A DNA stretch of 64,000 nt from a virus, in the IMG/VR virus record IMGVR_UViG_3300042945_002791; one strand, given 5' to 3'. Shown piece after piece: positions 44,714 through 54,332 of the stretch (the first letter of the stretch is position 1; each line of letters opens with the position of its first letter). The translations under genes were made by a program, and so were the position numbers. The notes beneath the pieces are model-generated. The model was not told the DNA's origin. It made no database searches and saw only the letters and a list, made by a program, of their open reading frames with translations.

Positions 44714-44741
44714 GGGTATCGTAACTATAACACCCTAAGGT
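44714..44741. other. 23S rRNA helix-69-like element
   Basis: GGGTATCGTAACTATAACACCCTAAGGT vs recalled rRNA GGCCGTAACTATAACGGTCCTAAGGT. Confidence 0.45.
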
Positions 44742-44744
44742 CTA

Positions 44745-45803
44745 TTAAGCCATTTCGTTCGTGACCGAAACCTCGTAGTTGCGTGCCAGTCTAACGTTCT
44801 TGGCGACTGTGATTCCTTCACCGTCTCCAAGCATTACGATGTCGTAACGCTCCTTCATCTTCATTTGACGAATGTCACGGCTTGGATCATCGAACTGATC
44901 TGTGCTCATGTCATCCTTGACAAGAAGTGTTCCCACTTCGTTGCGGTCAATGAGGAAGAGGTCTGACTTTGCAGCAGCTCCGCTTGTCTTTGCTGTAAAG
45001 CTAACAAATGGAGAAACTATAACGTTAAGTCCCATAGGAGCAGTTGCATTCAACGCACCGTCAGCAGACTGAGGACGATAGCCCCAGCTTGTATTCACTG
45101 CTGCAGCTGATCCGCCAGTGTGGAAGATCGCATCCTTAAGGAATACGGACCACATAAGTGGGTGCAGAATGAAGTCTGTTGGTACATGATTCTCAGCCAT
45201 GAGAACTGCTGCCATATCAATGACATCGTCCCATGTGATTGTCTGGTTTGCAGCACCGGTGATACCACGACCTGTTGTATCGTCATATGAACCGCTATCG
45301 TTGTCAAAAACGACAGTTGCTGCATCCTTGAATCTGCTAAGTGCAATTTGCTCTTTTAGACGAGCCATTGCGCGTCCTGCAGCACGTACGTGCAAGCCGA
45401 CTATATCCCATAAGGAGTCAGCGATTACTTCTTCGGTAAATGCTAACTTTACACCCTTCTTGGATACTTTGCCCTCTACCTGCTTTGCAAAGGCGAGTGC
45501 TTGCTCTGGATATTCTTGTCCTTCTGGGATCTCTGCGGCTTGAATTGCGTTAACTGCTGGGAACTCCAAAGAGCGACCCTTTCCAAGACGTACAGTTGAA
45601 AGAAGCGGAGTGACCAACAACTGTGGTTCTGCTGCTTCCTTTAGAGTGCGAGAGATCACCTTTGGAAAGAGTGCTGCTGCATCTGGTGATGCAAAAGCCT
45701 CTTTGATAGTGACTCTGTTTTCTCCATCAATGTAACCGTCTTCAGTTAATGCTGTTTCCCAAGCCGGAAGACCCGAGAGGAGCTCTTGGATTGATTTACT
45801 CAT
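44745..45803 (-). CDS. Major capsid protein (HK97-like)
   Basis: 352 aa; IPEGQEYP, KKGVKLAFTEEVIADS, strong RBS, host-like codon bias, downstream terminator; protease-decoration-capsid synteny. Confidence 0.88.
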   Translation of the reverse strand: MSKSIQELLSGLPAWETALTEDGYIDGENRVTIKEAFASPDAAALFPKVISRTLKEAAEPQLLVTPLLSTVRLGKGRSLEFPAVNAIQAAEIPEGQEYPEQALAFAKQVEGKVSKKGVKLAFTEEVIADSLWDIVGLHVRAAGRAMARLKEQIALSRFKDAATVVFDNDSGSYDDTTGRGITGAANQTITWDDVIDMAAVLMAENHVPTDFILHPLMWSVFLKDAIFHTGGSAAAVNTSWGYRPQSADGALNATAPMGLNVIVSPFVSFTAKTSGAAAKSDLFLIDRNEVGTLLVKDDMSTDQFDDPSRDIRQMKMKERYDIVMLGDGEGITVAKNVRLARNYEVSVTNEMA

Positions 45804-45842
45804 CTTAGGATTATTCCTCCTGTTTCTTTCTTTTGATTGTTT

Positions 45843-46604
45843 TTACAGTGTTAGGTTGACGCGGAATGCGCCCTCGACGCCATGTACGTCCAGGTTTGAA
45901 CGAATACCTAGTTTGCCTGAGAATGCTCCTGCTCTTGTTAATTCAAAAACAGTCTTGAGCGCACCAGGGTCAGAAGGTAGTTGCATGTAGGACAGCAGAC
46001 CATCGTCAAAATTCGTGGCGAATGTCTCTACTTCGATAACCTTACCCACCTGAAGGTAAGGATTTGTTCCCGCAAGAGCGGTGGTCAGCTTAACTGGACG
46101 ACCCATATGGTCAGCTTTGACCAAGTCACCAGCAGCCAGATCATCGTTCAATCCGGAAACAATTGGGTACTCTACATATCCATGTGTAATGAAACCAGCA
46201 CCTTGTGAGGTTCCCTTGTCAAATGGACGGTAAAGATCATATTGTGCAACACCAATTGGCGTTGAATAGGCAGCGACTTGTACGGTGTCAGTTGCGCCAG
46301 AGCTATAGTCTGGCGTTGCGCCGTCGAGAGGATCCCATGATGATGGCATTGTGTCACCCCATGTTACTGCTGCAGCTGTGCCGTTAGCGGGCACAATTCT
46401 TGAATCACCGTTTGCATCGGCTTTGACAGAAAGGATTGTGCCTTTTGTCAAGACGATTTCAAAACGATCATCTTCTGAATCTAAATACCAGGTTGGAAGA
46501 GCGACGCTTGGAAGAAGGTAAGCTGCTGGAGCAATACCTTCAGAAACGACAAATCTACCTGAGCCGGTCTTTGCATATACCTTACGGAATTTTGCTAAAC
46601 TCAT
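45843..46604 (-). CDS. Head decoration/cement protein
   Basis: Between protease/scaffold and capsid; PIGVAQYD, GDLVKAD..G.PV, QVGKV. Confidence 0.65.
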   Translation of the reverse strand: MSLAKFRKVYAKTGSGRFVVSEGIAPAAYLLPSVALPTWYLDSEDDRFEIVLTKGTILSVKADANGDSRIVPANGTAAAVTWGDTMPSSWDPLDGATPDYSSGATDTVQVAAYSTPIGVAQYDLYRPFDKGTSQGAGFITHGYVEYPIVSGLNDDLAAGDLVKADHMGRPVKLTTALAGTNPYLQVGKVIEVETFATNFDDGLLSYMQLPSDPGALKTVFELTRAGAFSGKLGIRSNLDVHGVEGAFRVNLTL

Positions 46605-46622
46605 ATTAATTTATCTCCTTAG

Positions 46623-48213
46623 TTATAGTGAACGGCGACCCATAAGGGCATCTACGAAAAGTTGCTCAGCTGAAACAGCCTTTGGCTCAGAATTATCCTC
46701 TTCAGAGTCAACAGATGTGACTCTGTCTTCGTCTGTAGAAACCTCTGCTTCGCTAGTGATTTCTGGAATTTCTGAAGTAACATTCTTTTTTGCTGGAAGT
46801 TTTGCAACATCCCTCAAAGAGTCTGCTAAAGAAGAAGCTGTTCTTGTCATGTGATCTTTGATCAACTCTTCTCTTTCAGAAACTGATTCTATTCCTGCGG
46901 CTATTTTTGCATCAACAACTCTTTCTGCGAGTACCTTATGAAGTGCTGCTTTGAGTTTTTTGTTTTCTTCTTCAAGAAGACGTACTTTTTCCTCAAGAAC
47001 CGATTCTGTTTGCTCAGTGGCTTCTTCTGACTTTTGGTCATTGAGCTCTTCGGATTCTTGCTTTACGCCTTCTTTATCCTGAATTTCTTCAGGTGTCTCA
47101 ACTGATTTTTCAGAGTCTTCAGATTCAGCTTTTTCTTCTTGCACATCTGACTGCTCTTTATCTTCGGTTGATACATCTTCTGACTTCTCTTCTTTGGTTT
47201 CTTCAACCTCAGAAGTTTCATCGTTGGAATCTTTTGCTTCTGTATTTTCTGCAGGTTCTTCTTTCGCTGCATCGGAAGCTATTGAGGACAGATCTTCGCT
47301 GAGTTCTTCTGAAACAGCTAAAATGTCTTCTTGCTCTGTAGAAACTGTCATCTCAGTCTTCTCCTCGTCTTTATTAATTTTATTCTCTGAAGATAGTAAT
47401 GTACTGTCTTGAATATTGTAATTTTCAGACTCATTTATAGCCATTGCTGACAAAAATGCGCCTTTAACATGCAGATAAACGGGCCTTGATTCTTTCTTTT
47501 TCATCTCAGAAAAAATGGACTTCTGCTCTTCTATTGAATAGATTTCTTCTTCATTCATACTTAAAATAAAAGCAGAACTTCTAGCAACCCAATCAGAATC
47601 AGTAACAACAGCGCCTTGGCTATCTGAAGCTTTTTTCCTGACACCAGATCTTTGATCAGCTGGTTGATTCACAAATGAATATTCTTTAAAAGAAATGTCT
47701 TGCATATCTAAGAAGGCAACTTTACCCTTGTAAACTGCGCCTCTTTTATACTTTGATGCTGGCATTCTGCCGCTTGCATCTGGCTTAGCGAGATCCTCTC
47801 CAGTTATTGAGCAAACAGCCTTATTGGCTCTTCCTCCAACTGATCCGGTAAGATATCTTTGGTCTAAAACTTTTTGTGCTGCGATTGGATCTGTAATTGC
47901 AATCTGCAGCCTTACATAGGATGATCCATCTTGCTCTTTATCCATTTTAGCTGCCATGACTCTACCAATTGGCTCGCTATTGAGATCGTGATTTAAAATA
48001 ATTGGCTTTGGATAAGGATCTACCCAAGATTGAAGAGCTTTCTCAAGTTCTGTCGCAGAGTAGTTATTATAGTTCCCAGTTAATCCGCTCATGAATGGCA
48101 GCGACTTCGATAATTAAACCTTTGCCGTCATTAAATGATTCGGAAAAATTAAAATCTTTTTCTTTGATTTCAGGGAATTCTACAGTAAAGCTTTCTGTAA
48201 ACTCAAAAGACAT
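46623..48213 (-). CDS. Prohead protease plus acidic scaffold, ~529 aa joined by +1 shift at CGG (48085-48087)
   Basis: KPIILNHD, PIGRV, YLTGSVG, EYSFVNQPAD; ATG 48213 with GGAG RBS and promoter motif; join LIIEVAAIHE-[C]GGA-LTGNYNNY. Confidence 0.85.
48084..48087 (-). other. +1 recoding site 8 (GAG CGG A)
   Basis: Joins a 42-codon leader with RBS to the protease domain. Confidence 0.88.
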
Positions 48214-48242
48214 ATAATTCTCCATAATTTTAAATTCTATGA

Positions 48243-48250
48243 TATAGTAA
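48243..48250 (-). promoter_or_regulatory. Putative late promoter (TTACTATA)
   Basis: ~30 nt upstream of ATG 48213. Confidence 0.55.
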
Positions 48251-48296
48251 TATAGTTTATATGATTAAACACATTTATGCAAATATATCAATCTTT

Positions 48297-49067
48297 TTAT
48301 GAGGATTGATATAAGATTGATTCTCTAGAATCTCCGTTTTGCATAAAGTCAACCATGTTTGCCTGCCCCATAATATGAGGGCTGTATATGTAGGACGCAC
48401 AATAAAGATTATATCCTAATTCTGCGCAACTTTTGCTCCAACCAAGATCTTCCCCTTGGGAATGAAATTGGTATCTGGAATTCATATAAGTTTTTTGAGA
48501 CATCATTTTTGCTGCCATTATGACATCTGACTTAAAATATTTTCCTATTGGATAAGTTTCTTCTCTTCTAGCTTTTTCATATCCAGTTCCTTCTATCCAT
48601 GTCATTACACTGGGAAACTGAGTATTAAAAGGAGTCATATACATAAGTGTGTTAACGGCATCTGCTCCGTCATTTATGTGACTTAATAAAAGCTCTATTG
48701 TATTTGTATTGGTTAACAATATGTCTGAATCAAGACTAAAGTAGGCATCTGGTTTTATTTCTCTTGCTTTATCTAAAAGAGAATTTCTCATAGAAACCAT
48801 ATTTTCATATTTTGCTGGAGTCCATCTTCTTGTACCTTCTTCGTGACTAAAGTGGGCAAGATCGTCTCTAACTTCTAAATCAAATATTTTTACTTCTGGA
48901 TGAGATCTTTTCCAAGCCTGAAGAACATTGTGGGTATCTTCGTCATCTTCTCCCAGCTCAAAAAGAAAACCAATATCAGATAAATTATACGATTGATTTT
49001 CTATAAAATAGAACCATGCTGGCAGTATCCAATCTCTTTTATAGATTGGGCAGGCAATAATTAACAT
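48297..49067 (-). CDS. GT-A fold glycosyltransferase
   Basis: IIACPIY, RNSLL, FSLDSDIL (DxD), GEDLGW. Confidence 0.8.
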   Translation of the reverse strand: MLIIACPIYKRDWILPAWFYFIENQSYNLSDIGFLFELGEDDEDTHNVLQAWKRSHPEVKIFDLEVRDDLAHFSHEEGTRRWTPAKYENMVSMRNSLLDKAREIKPDAYFSLDSDILLTNTNTIELLLSHINDGADAVNTLMYMTPFNTQFPSVMTWIEGTGYEKARREETYPIGKYFKSDVIMAAKMMSQKTYMNSRYQFHSQGEDLGWSKSCAELGYNLYCASYIYSPHIMGQANMVDFMQNGDSRESILYQSS

Positions 49068-49068
49068 G

Positions 49069-49365
49069 TTAGCTTTCTAATTCAGTTGTGTTTTCTTCTG
49101 GAACTTTTGGCGCTTGCTTTGTTTTAGCAGAGGACTTTACAGGCATTGCCTCTTCTTCTGCTACTACTGCATCTTCTTTGGTGGTATTAGTTTCTTCTTC
49201 ATCGGAAGACAAAAATTCATACATCTGCTCAACCTTTGCGTGCATTTCTTCTACTGTATCGAGAAGCTGCGCAAGAACTTTAACCATAAAAGTGTTAGCC
49301 AAGCGCACCTGTGAGTTGTCAACTGCTTCTACGAGGGCATCGAAATCTTCTTCATCTACTATCAT
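49069..49365 (-). CDS. Acidic hypothetical protein
   Basis: 98 aa with GGAG RBS. Confidence 0.65.
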   Translation of the reverse strand: MIVDEEDFDALVEAVDNSQVRLANTFMVKVLAQLLDTVEEMHAKVEQMYEFLSSDEEETNTTKEDAVVAEEEAMPVKSSAKTKQAPKVPEENTTELES

Positions 49366-49373
49366 TTTTGCTC

Positions 49374-51011
49374 CTAATTTTCTTTGTTAGTTTCTTCATC
49401 TATCATATTATAGTCTACATTTAGTAAGTTTTCAACAGTAGTTAACCATGACAAATCATCTGCTCTTCTAATGTTTGGAGATGTTCTTCTTGAATTTTGA
49501 TTAGCTGGTCTAATAACATTTCCTGGACCTCTTCTTGAAGAAGGCAAGTTTCTTTGCCCGGCTGGAGCTGGCTCTTCTTTGTCTGAGTTATCTTGATTTT
49601 GCTGTGCTTTATTCATTTGTTTCATCGAAAGTTTAGCTTGATTATTTGCTATATCCATTTGGTTCTTTGCTTGCATTGCAGCGTAAAGTTGATCTTCTTC
49701 CAGATCTTGATCCATACCCATTTCAAGTCTTGCTTCAGGTAATGTGATTATATTATTAACATACTTTTGTATTACATGAGTTTCTTTTTTTACTTGAGTA
49801 TCAACATCAATCTCTTTAAATTTTAAGAAGCAGCGATCTGACTCTCCATCTTCAAGTGGGTTTGAGATTGGATCAAAACCACCCTCAAAAAGAAGTTCAT
49901 TAAATATATACAAACGAACCATATCAGCAAACTGTTTTTGAAAATGTTTCACTCTATCGTAGAGAGCAACATCTAATCTATCTGTAACAGATCTGTTTCC
50001 ACCATTCATGTTCATACCAAGATGGTGAGGTGCAACTCCAAGTCCTACTGCAACTCTTTCTTTAAAGTGTTCCAAATAACCAGTTGCTTCTAGGGCTGTA
50101 TTGTTTGCTCCTATGACTTCAACATTATGTCTGTATGGAAGTATTAGACCACCTTCTGATCTTAGGTTTTCTATTTCAGCTGCAGCTTTTGTTATTTCAT
50201 CAGGCTCTGCTGGTTGCTCAGGTGTGCCAATTATGTATTTATATAGAGGAAACAATTCTCTATGAACAAGGTTCTGAATATCCTCCTCCATTTGTCTAAG
50301 GGCTATTACATCATCTAAAACAGTAGACAAAAATGGAGTGCCAAAAGCTCTTCCTGTTTTTTTGTCTAAGTACATATGTATTACTCTGTCTGCAGCCCAA
50401 ACTGGGTCTTTATCATTTGGAGAATACGTTAACGGGTCAGTAGCCTGCTGATAGGCTTTTGGCCTATTTTGCTTGTCTCTTAGAATATAGGTTTGTTCTG
50501 TTGGAATGAGATAATAACCAGCAACTGGATTGCTTGCGTTAATTGGAGAAATATTATCTGGAAAATATTCATTAATATCTGCTCTTGCTTTCACAATAAA
50601 AACATTTGCGTATTTTATAAGTTGGTCAGAAAGCTCATTTAGAAACTCGGAAAAAGGTCTCTTCATCGCTATTTCCATATAGTCAATTCTTCTATATAGA
50701 TATGCAACAGCTTCTGGATTTTCTCCTACTATCTGCCAGCCTTCTTTCCAGAACAGCTCTTTATACTTAGAAACAGCTTGGCGAACATAGCCATCAGTAT
50801 CTGTTGCCTGAGTTATTCTATTGAAGTCATAAGGGGACGGCTCAAAAGAGGCCCTCATATCATAATAGAATGTAGAACCCCTAAACCCTAGTGCTAGGGC
50901 AGCAACTTTTATACTTTTGCTCAAAGACTTCATTTCGTCTTGAGATAAAGCTTTTTCTTCTAATTCTAGATTGCCAGAAGTAAACGGCAAAAAAGATCTA
51001 ATACTAGCCAT
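49374..51011 (-). CDS. Portal protein
   Basis: RVIHM...AFGTPFL..V.DD...LRQ.E, GLGVAPHHLG, ITLPEARLEMG; synteny. Confidence 0.85.
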   Translation of the reverse strand: MASIRSFLPFTSGNLELEEKALSQDEMKSLSKSIKVAALALGFRGSTFYYDMRASFEPSPYDFNRITQATDTDGYVRQAVSKYKELFWKEGWQIVGENPEAVAYLYRRIDYMEIAMKRPFSEFLNELSDQLIKYANVFIVKARADINEYFPDNISPINASNPVAGYYLIPTEQTYILRDKQNRPKAYQQATDPLTYSPNDKDPVWAADRVIHMYLDKKTGRAFGTPFLSTVLDDVIALRQMEEDIQNLVHRELFPLYKYIIGTPEQPAEPDEITKAAAEIENLRSEGGLILPYRHNVEVIGANNTALEATGYLEHFKERVAVGLGVAPHHLGMNMNGGNRSVTDRLDVALYDRVKHFQKQFADMVRLYIFNELLFEGGFDPISNPLEDGESDRCFLKFKEIDVDTQVKKETHVIQKYVNNIITLPEARLEMGMDQDLEEDQLYAAMQAKNQMDIANNQAKLSMKQMNKAQQNQDNSDKEEPAPAGQRNLPSSRRGPGNVIRPANQNSRRTSPNIRRADDLSWLTTVENLLNVDYNMIDEETNKEN

Positions 51012-51046
51012 GTGTTTCACCTTAATTTGAATAAACTATTTGTTAA

Positions 51047-51054
51047 AATAGTAC
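51047..51054 (-). promoter_or_regulatory. Putative late promoter (GTACTATT)
   Basis: ~36 nt upstream of portal ATG; second copy near 51061. Confidence 0.45.
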
Positions 51055-51072
51055 TCAAAAAATAGTAATTAA

Positions 51073-51276
51073 CTAGTTAGCCTGTGAAAGCCCTGTTAGC
51101 TCAAATGACTTCTGGAGAACCAAAGACTTTACTGCCTCAAGCCAAAAGACTGTTTCTGACTCAGTGAAGTCGCTCTTGTAAGACAGATTCTGGTTTGTAA
51201 TTTTAATTTCAATTGCAAACTCTGTTTTTGGTTCAGTTGCTTCTACCTCTGTTGTTTCTGCTGTATTGTCAGACAT
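51073..51276 (-). CDS. Hypothetical protein
   Basis: 67-aa ORF in operon. Confidence 0.6.
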   Translation of the reverse strand: MSDNTAETTEVEATEPKTEFAIEIKITNQNLSYKSDFTESETVFWLEAVKSLVLQKSFELTGLSQAN

Positions 51277-51451
51277 TGTTGTTCTTATCCTTTTTAATCG
51301 GTGTTACGTTATTTGCAGAAGAAAGTTCTTGCATCTGCATTTGAAGTTGCTTTATTGTAGCATCTTTTACGACTAACTCTGTCATTAAAGTAGAGAGTTT
51401 TTCTTGAAAAGATTGTATAATTAAATTAACATCTAAGTTTTGATCATTCAT
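51269..51451 (-). CDS. Small coiled-coil protein
   Basis: 60 aa; follows the S74-domain fibre. Confidence 0.55.
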   Translation of the reverse strand: MNDQNLDVNLIIQSFQEKLSTLMTELVVKDATIKQLQMQMQELSSANNVTPIKKDKNNNV

Positions 51452-51459
51452 GAATTAGA

Positions 51460-53323
51460 TTATACCAGACGAGATTCTAGTTCATCAACCTTTGCCGACA
51501 ATTCTTGTATAGCTTTTACTATTGGAGCAATAAAATTATCATAAGAAATTTGCTGATATGAATCAGGATCATTTTCATCTTCAAGATTCCATCCCTCAAA
51601 AGTATCTGTGTAAAGAGGGTAGGATTCTTTAACTTCTTGAGCGACAAAACCATATGTTTTTTTATTCTTGAAAACCTCAACACCTTCAGAATTTTCGCCA
51701 AGATTTCTATAAAAGGATACTGGTCTAAGATTATTTATAAATGATAAACCAAGATTTGAGTCTTCAATATCTTTTTTAAGCCTAATGTCAGAGAATGTTG
51801 TTTGTGTTCTATAGGTCATCAAGCCATCATCGGCAACTTGCCATTTATTAGTTCCGTTTGGACCTTCTAAAACTAAAGAGAAAAGCGCGCCTGCGCCAGC
51901 ATCACCGAGGTTTTTAAATCCTCTAATTTTTGTTACAGTAACATTTGAGGCATCAGGTCCATTAATTCTGACAAAGTTTCCAACATATAAGTTATCTCCA
52001 ATGTTAAAGTTTGCACCAACACTACCTGATGCTCCAGAAAGGGTTCCAGTAAAAGTTAATTCACCTGTTCCGCTATTTGCATCGGGATTAAAATACATTT
52101 TATTTTTTAAAGAAAAATAACCATTTAAATCTAAATAAAATCCTGTATTTGCGTTTGCCCAGTTTCCATAAGGGCCTGAATATAATCTACCTGCACTAAA
52201 GTTTATTCCAGCTATGTCTCCAGATGCTGCACTAACGTTTCCTGAAAATGATGCGGATGAACCATTGACTTCAAACCCTGCTGCCTTTATTTGTACAGTG
52301 CCATTTTCAAATTTAATCCATTGACTTCCATTATCTGCCCTAAGGTAAACTTCTCCAGCATCGCCTCTGATGAAGCAACTTTGGAATTGAGTAGCATTAT
52401 TGGGACTTAGATTAATTCCTTTGTAATAATTACTACCAGGTCTTAATACTCCAATGTCAACTCCACCAGAAGTTAAGTATCCAGTAATAGTTCCACCAGA
52501 TGCATTGATTGTTCCGGAAACATTTGCGTTTGTTGCAACTAACGCACCTGTGTTAGATACTCTAAACGGAGCTGTTGAGTAGTTAAGAATGCCTGCGCCA
52601 AGCCACATATTTCCATTATTATCAACATGGAAAGATGAGGCGTCATCGCCACCTATATCTAATCTAGATCTGACTGTTAAATCATTAAATTCAGCTAGGC
52701 CATCACCTCTGATTAGCCATCCAGCGGTACCAGCAGAATAATTAGAAGACCTTAAAACAGCGGTGCTGCTAGGTGGAGTATATGATGTTTGTGTTCCAGG
52801 TTGAGTTAATATTATTTCATGTGCGCCGATTGTTCCAGCTGTTATCTTTGATGCAGTGATTTCACTAACTTCAACAGAATTAATTAATGTTGGAGCAGAT
52901 GCCACAAGAATAGTCCAAGGGCCATAGTTGTTGCTGTTGTCTACGGTCCTAACCCTTCCGTAGTAAATTGGGGGAGTAGTTTGGCCTGCGTTATTTACAT
53001 CTATAACTACAGAAAAAACAGGTGATGCACTATTTCCGGAAAGCTAACCTTGTTGAAGATAAGCTATTAGATTGATATAGCTCATATTCATATTCTTTAA
53101 GATCGTTTATTCCAGCAGGATTGAATTTAAACATAACAGACTTTGCGTTACTGAAAAGAGTTAAGCCCGCTACTTCATCTGGTGTTGTTTGATCTGATGG
53201 CGTCTCTACAATAATATTTTTTTCAGCTACAACAGAATTAATATTATTGTCTACTGCTTGAACTTTAACGAGATATCTTTTGCCTGGCTTTAGGTCTTGT
53301 ATGTTTGATTTTATTACTGTCAT
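51460..53323 (-). CDS. Fibre/spike with FN3-like N-terminus and peptidase S74 intramolecular chaperone, ~620 aa joined by +1 shift at CGG (53036-53038)
   Basis: DLKPGKRYLVKVQAVD; join RLAF-[C]GGA-NSASPVF...YYGRVRTVDNSNNYGPWT completes a second FN3; SDIRLKKDI...GFVAQEV...IVKAIQEL. Confidence 0.8.
53035..53038 (-). other. +1 recoding site 9 (TTC CGG A)
   Basis: Bridges the 124-nt gap between ORFs with an FN3 C-terminal strand. Confidence 0.88.
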
Positions 53324-54327
53324 AATATTCTATTTCCTGTCGATCTAAAACTAATAACTGGATTCACTTCTGCTTCTGCAACATTTATTTCACTATTTCT
53401 TAAATATTTTAAAGTATGAAGTTCTACTAGGTTTCCAGAAGATAGTCTATTATCTTGATTAACTATTTCTATCAAGACATAGTACTGCGCATCTTCAAGG
53501 GCAGTGTTTTCGTATATTAATTCTACTGATCTAGTATTTGAATATAAGTCAATATAAACATCCTTAACAACTATCTCCTCTGGACTTAAAGATGTTAGTC
53601 CAGTAGCAGAATCTATGACTTGTCTTGAGGATTTTATAATATTTAATTTTATTTTTCCTCCATCACTTTGCTTGTACGCATATAGTTTTATCTGTGGACC
53701 AGTAAAATTTCCTATAGTCTTTGCACCATTTGTTGAAGATTTAAAATAAGCCCAGTCGGTATTTGCGTTTAGATACGAAAAATTTTCTTGTCCAGCTATA
53801 TTTTGGTTTGCATATACAGTAACCATATATTGTTCTAAATTAGATATGTCTAAATTGTAGGGTTCTGTTTCATAAAGTGGCGTTGAAGAATTGTATTGAC
53901 TAATTCTAAAATTAGTAATTTTTGAATAATTTGTTATAGGCAAAGATGGAGTTGCACCAACGTATTTTAAATATTTATTTCCATAATAAATATAATATAA
54001 ATCATTTATAGGTCTACCAGCTAAGTGTTCTGCCGCTGTAAGAAAATATATTTTTCCATCTTTTACATTAGACCTAACGACTGCATGGGGAGGGGTTGCG
54101 CTAGAGTTCTCGTATATAACAACATATTGACCATTGTCGGTGACAGGACTACCCTCTTGAGAATACACCGCATAAAAATCGCTTGACTCAATATCTTGAA
54201 ACATTAAAGATCCTGCTGGCAAAGTTTGAAAAGGCGCAGAAATATCTAAAGAATACCTTATCGGAGGATATACGTAACTAGGCGTAGCGCCATTAATTAA
54301 ATCTGAAGCGTAAGAAAACCATGCCAT
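53320..54327 (-). CDS. Virion structural protein (beta-rich)
   Basis: YYIYYGN motif; three ATP motifs; structural operon. Confidence 0.55.
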   Translation of the reverse strand: MAWFSYASDLINGATPSYVYPPIRYSLDISAPFQTLPAGSLMFQDIESSDFYAVYSQEGSPVTDNGQYVVIYENSSATPPHAVVRSNVKDGKIYFLTAAEHLAGRPINDLYYIYYGNKYLKYVGATPSLPITNYSKITNFRISQYNSSTPLYETEPYNLDISNLEQYMVTVYANQNIAGQENFSYLNANTDWAYFKSSTNGAKTIGNFTGPQIKLYAYKQSDGGKIKLNIIKSSRQVIDSATGLTSLSPEEIVVKDVYIDLYSNTRSVELIYENTALEDAQYYVLIEIVNQDNRLSSGNLVELHTLKYLRNSEINVAEAEVNPVISFRSTGNRIL

Positions 54328-54332
54328 ATTAT

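Noticed and set aside
44714-44741. rRNA gene fragment or contamination
   Set aside because: Similarity covers under 30 nt with a changed stem and phage sequence on both sides.
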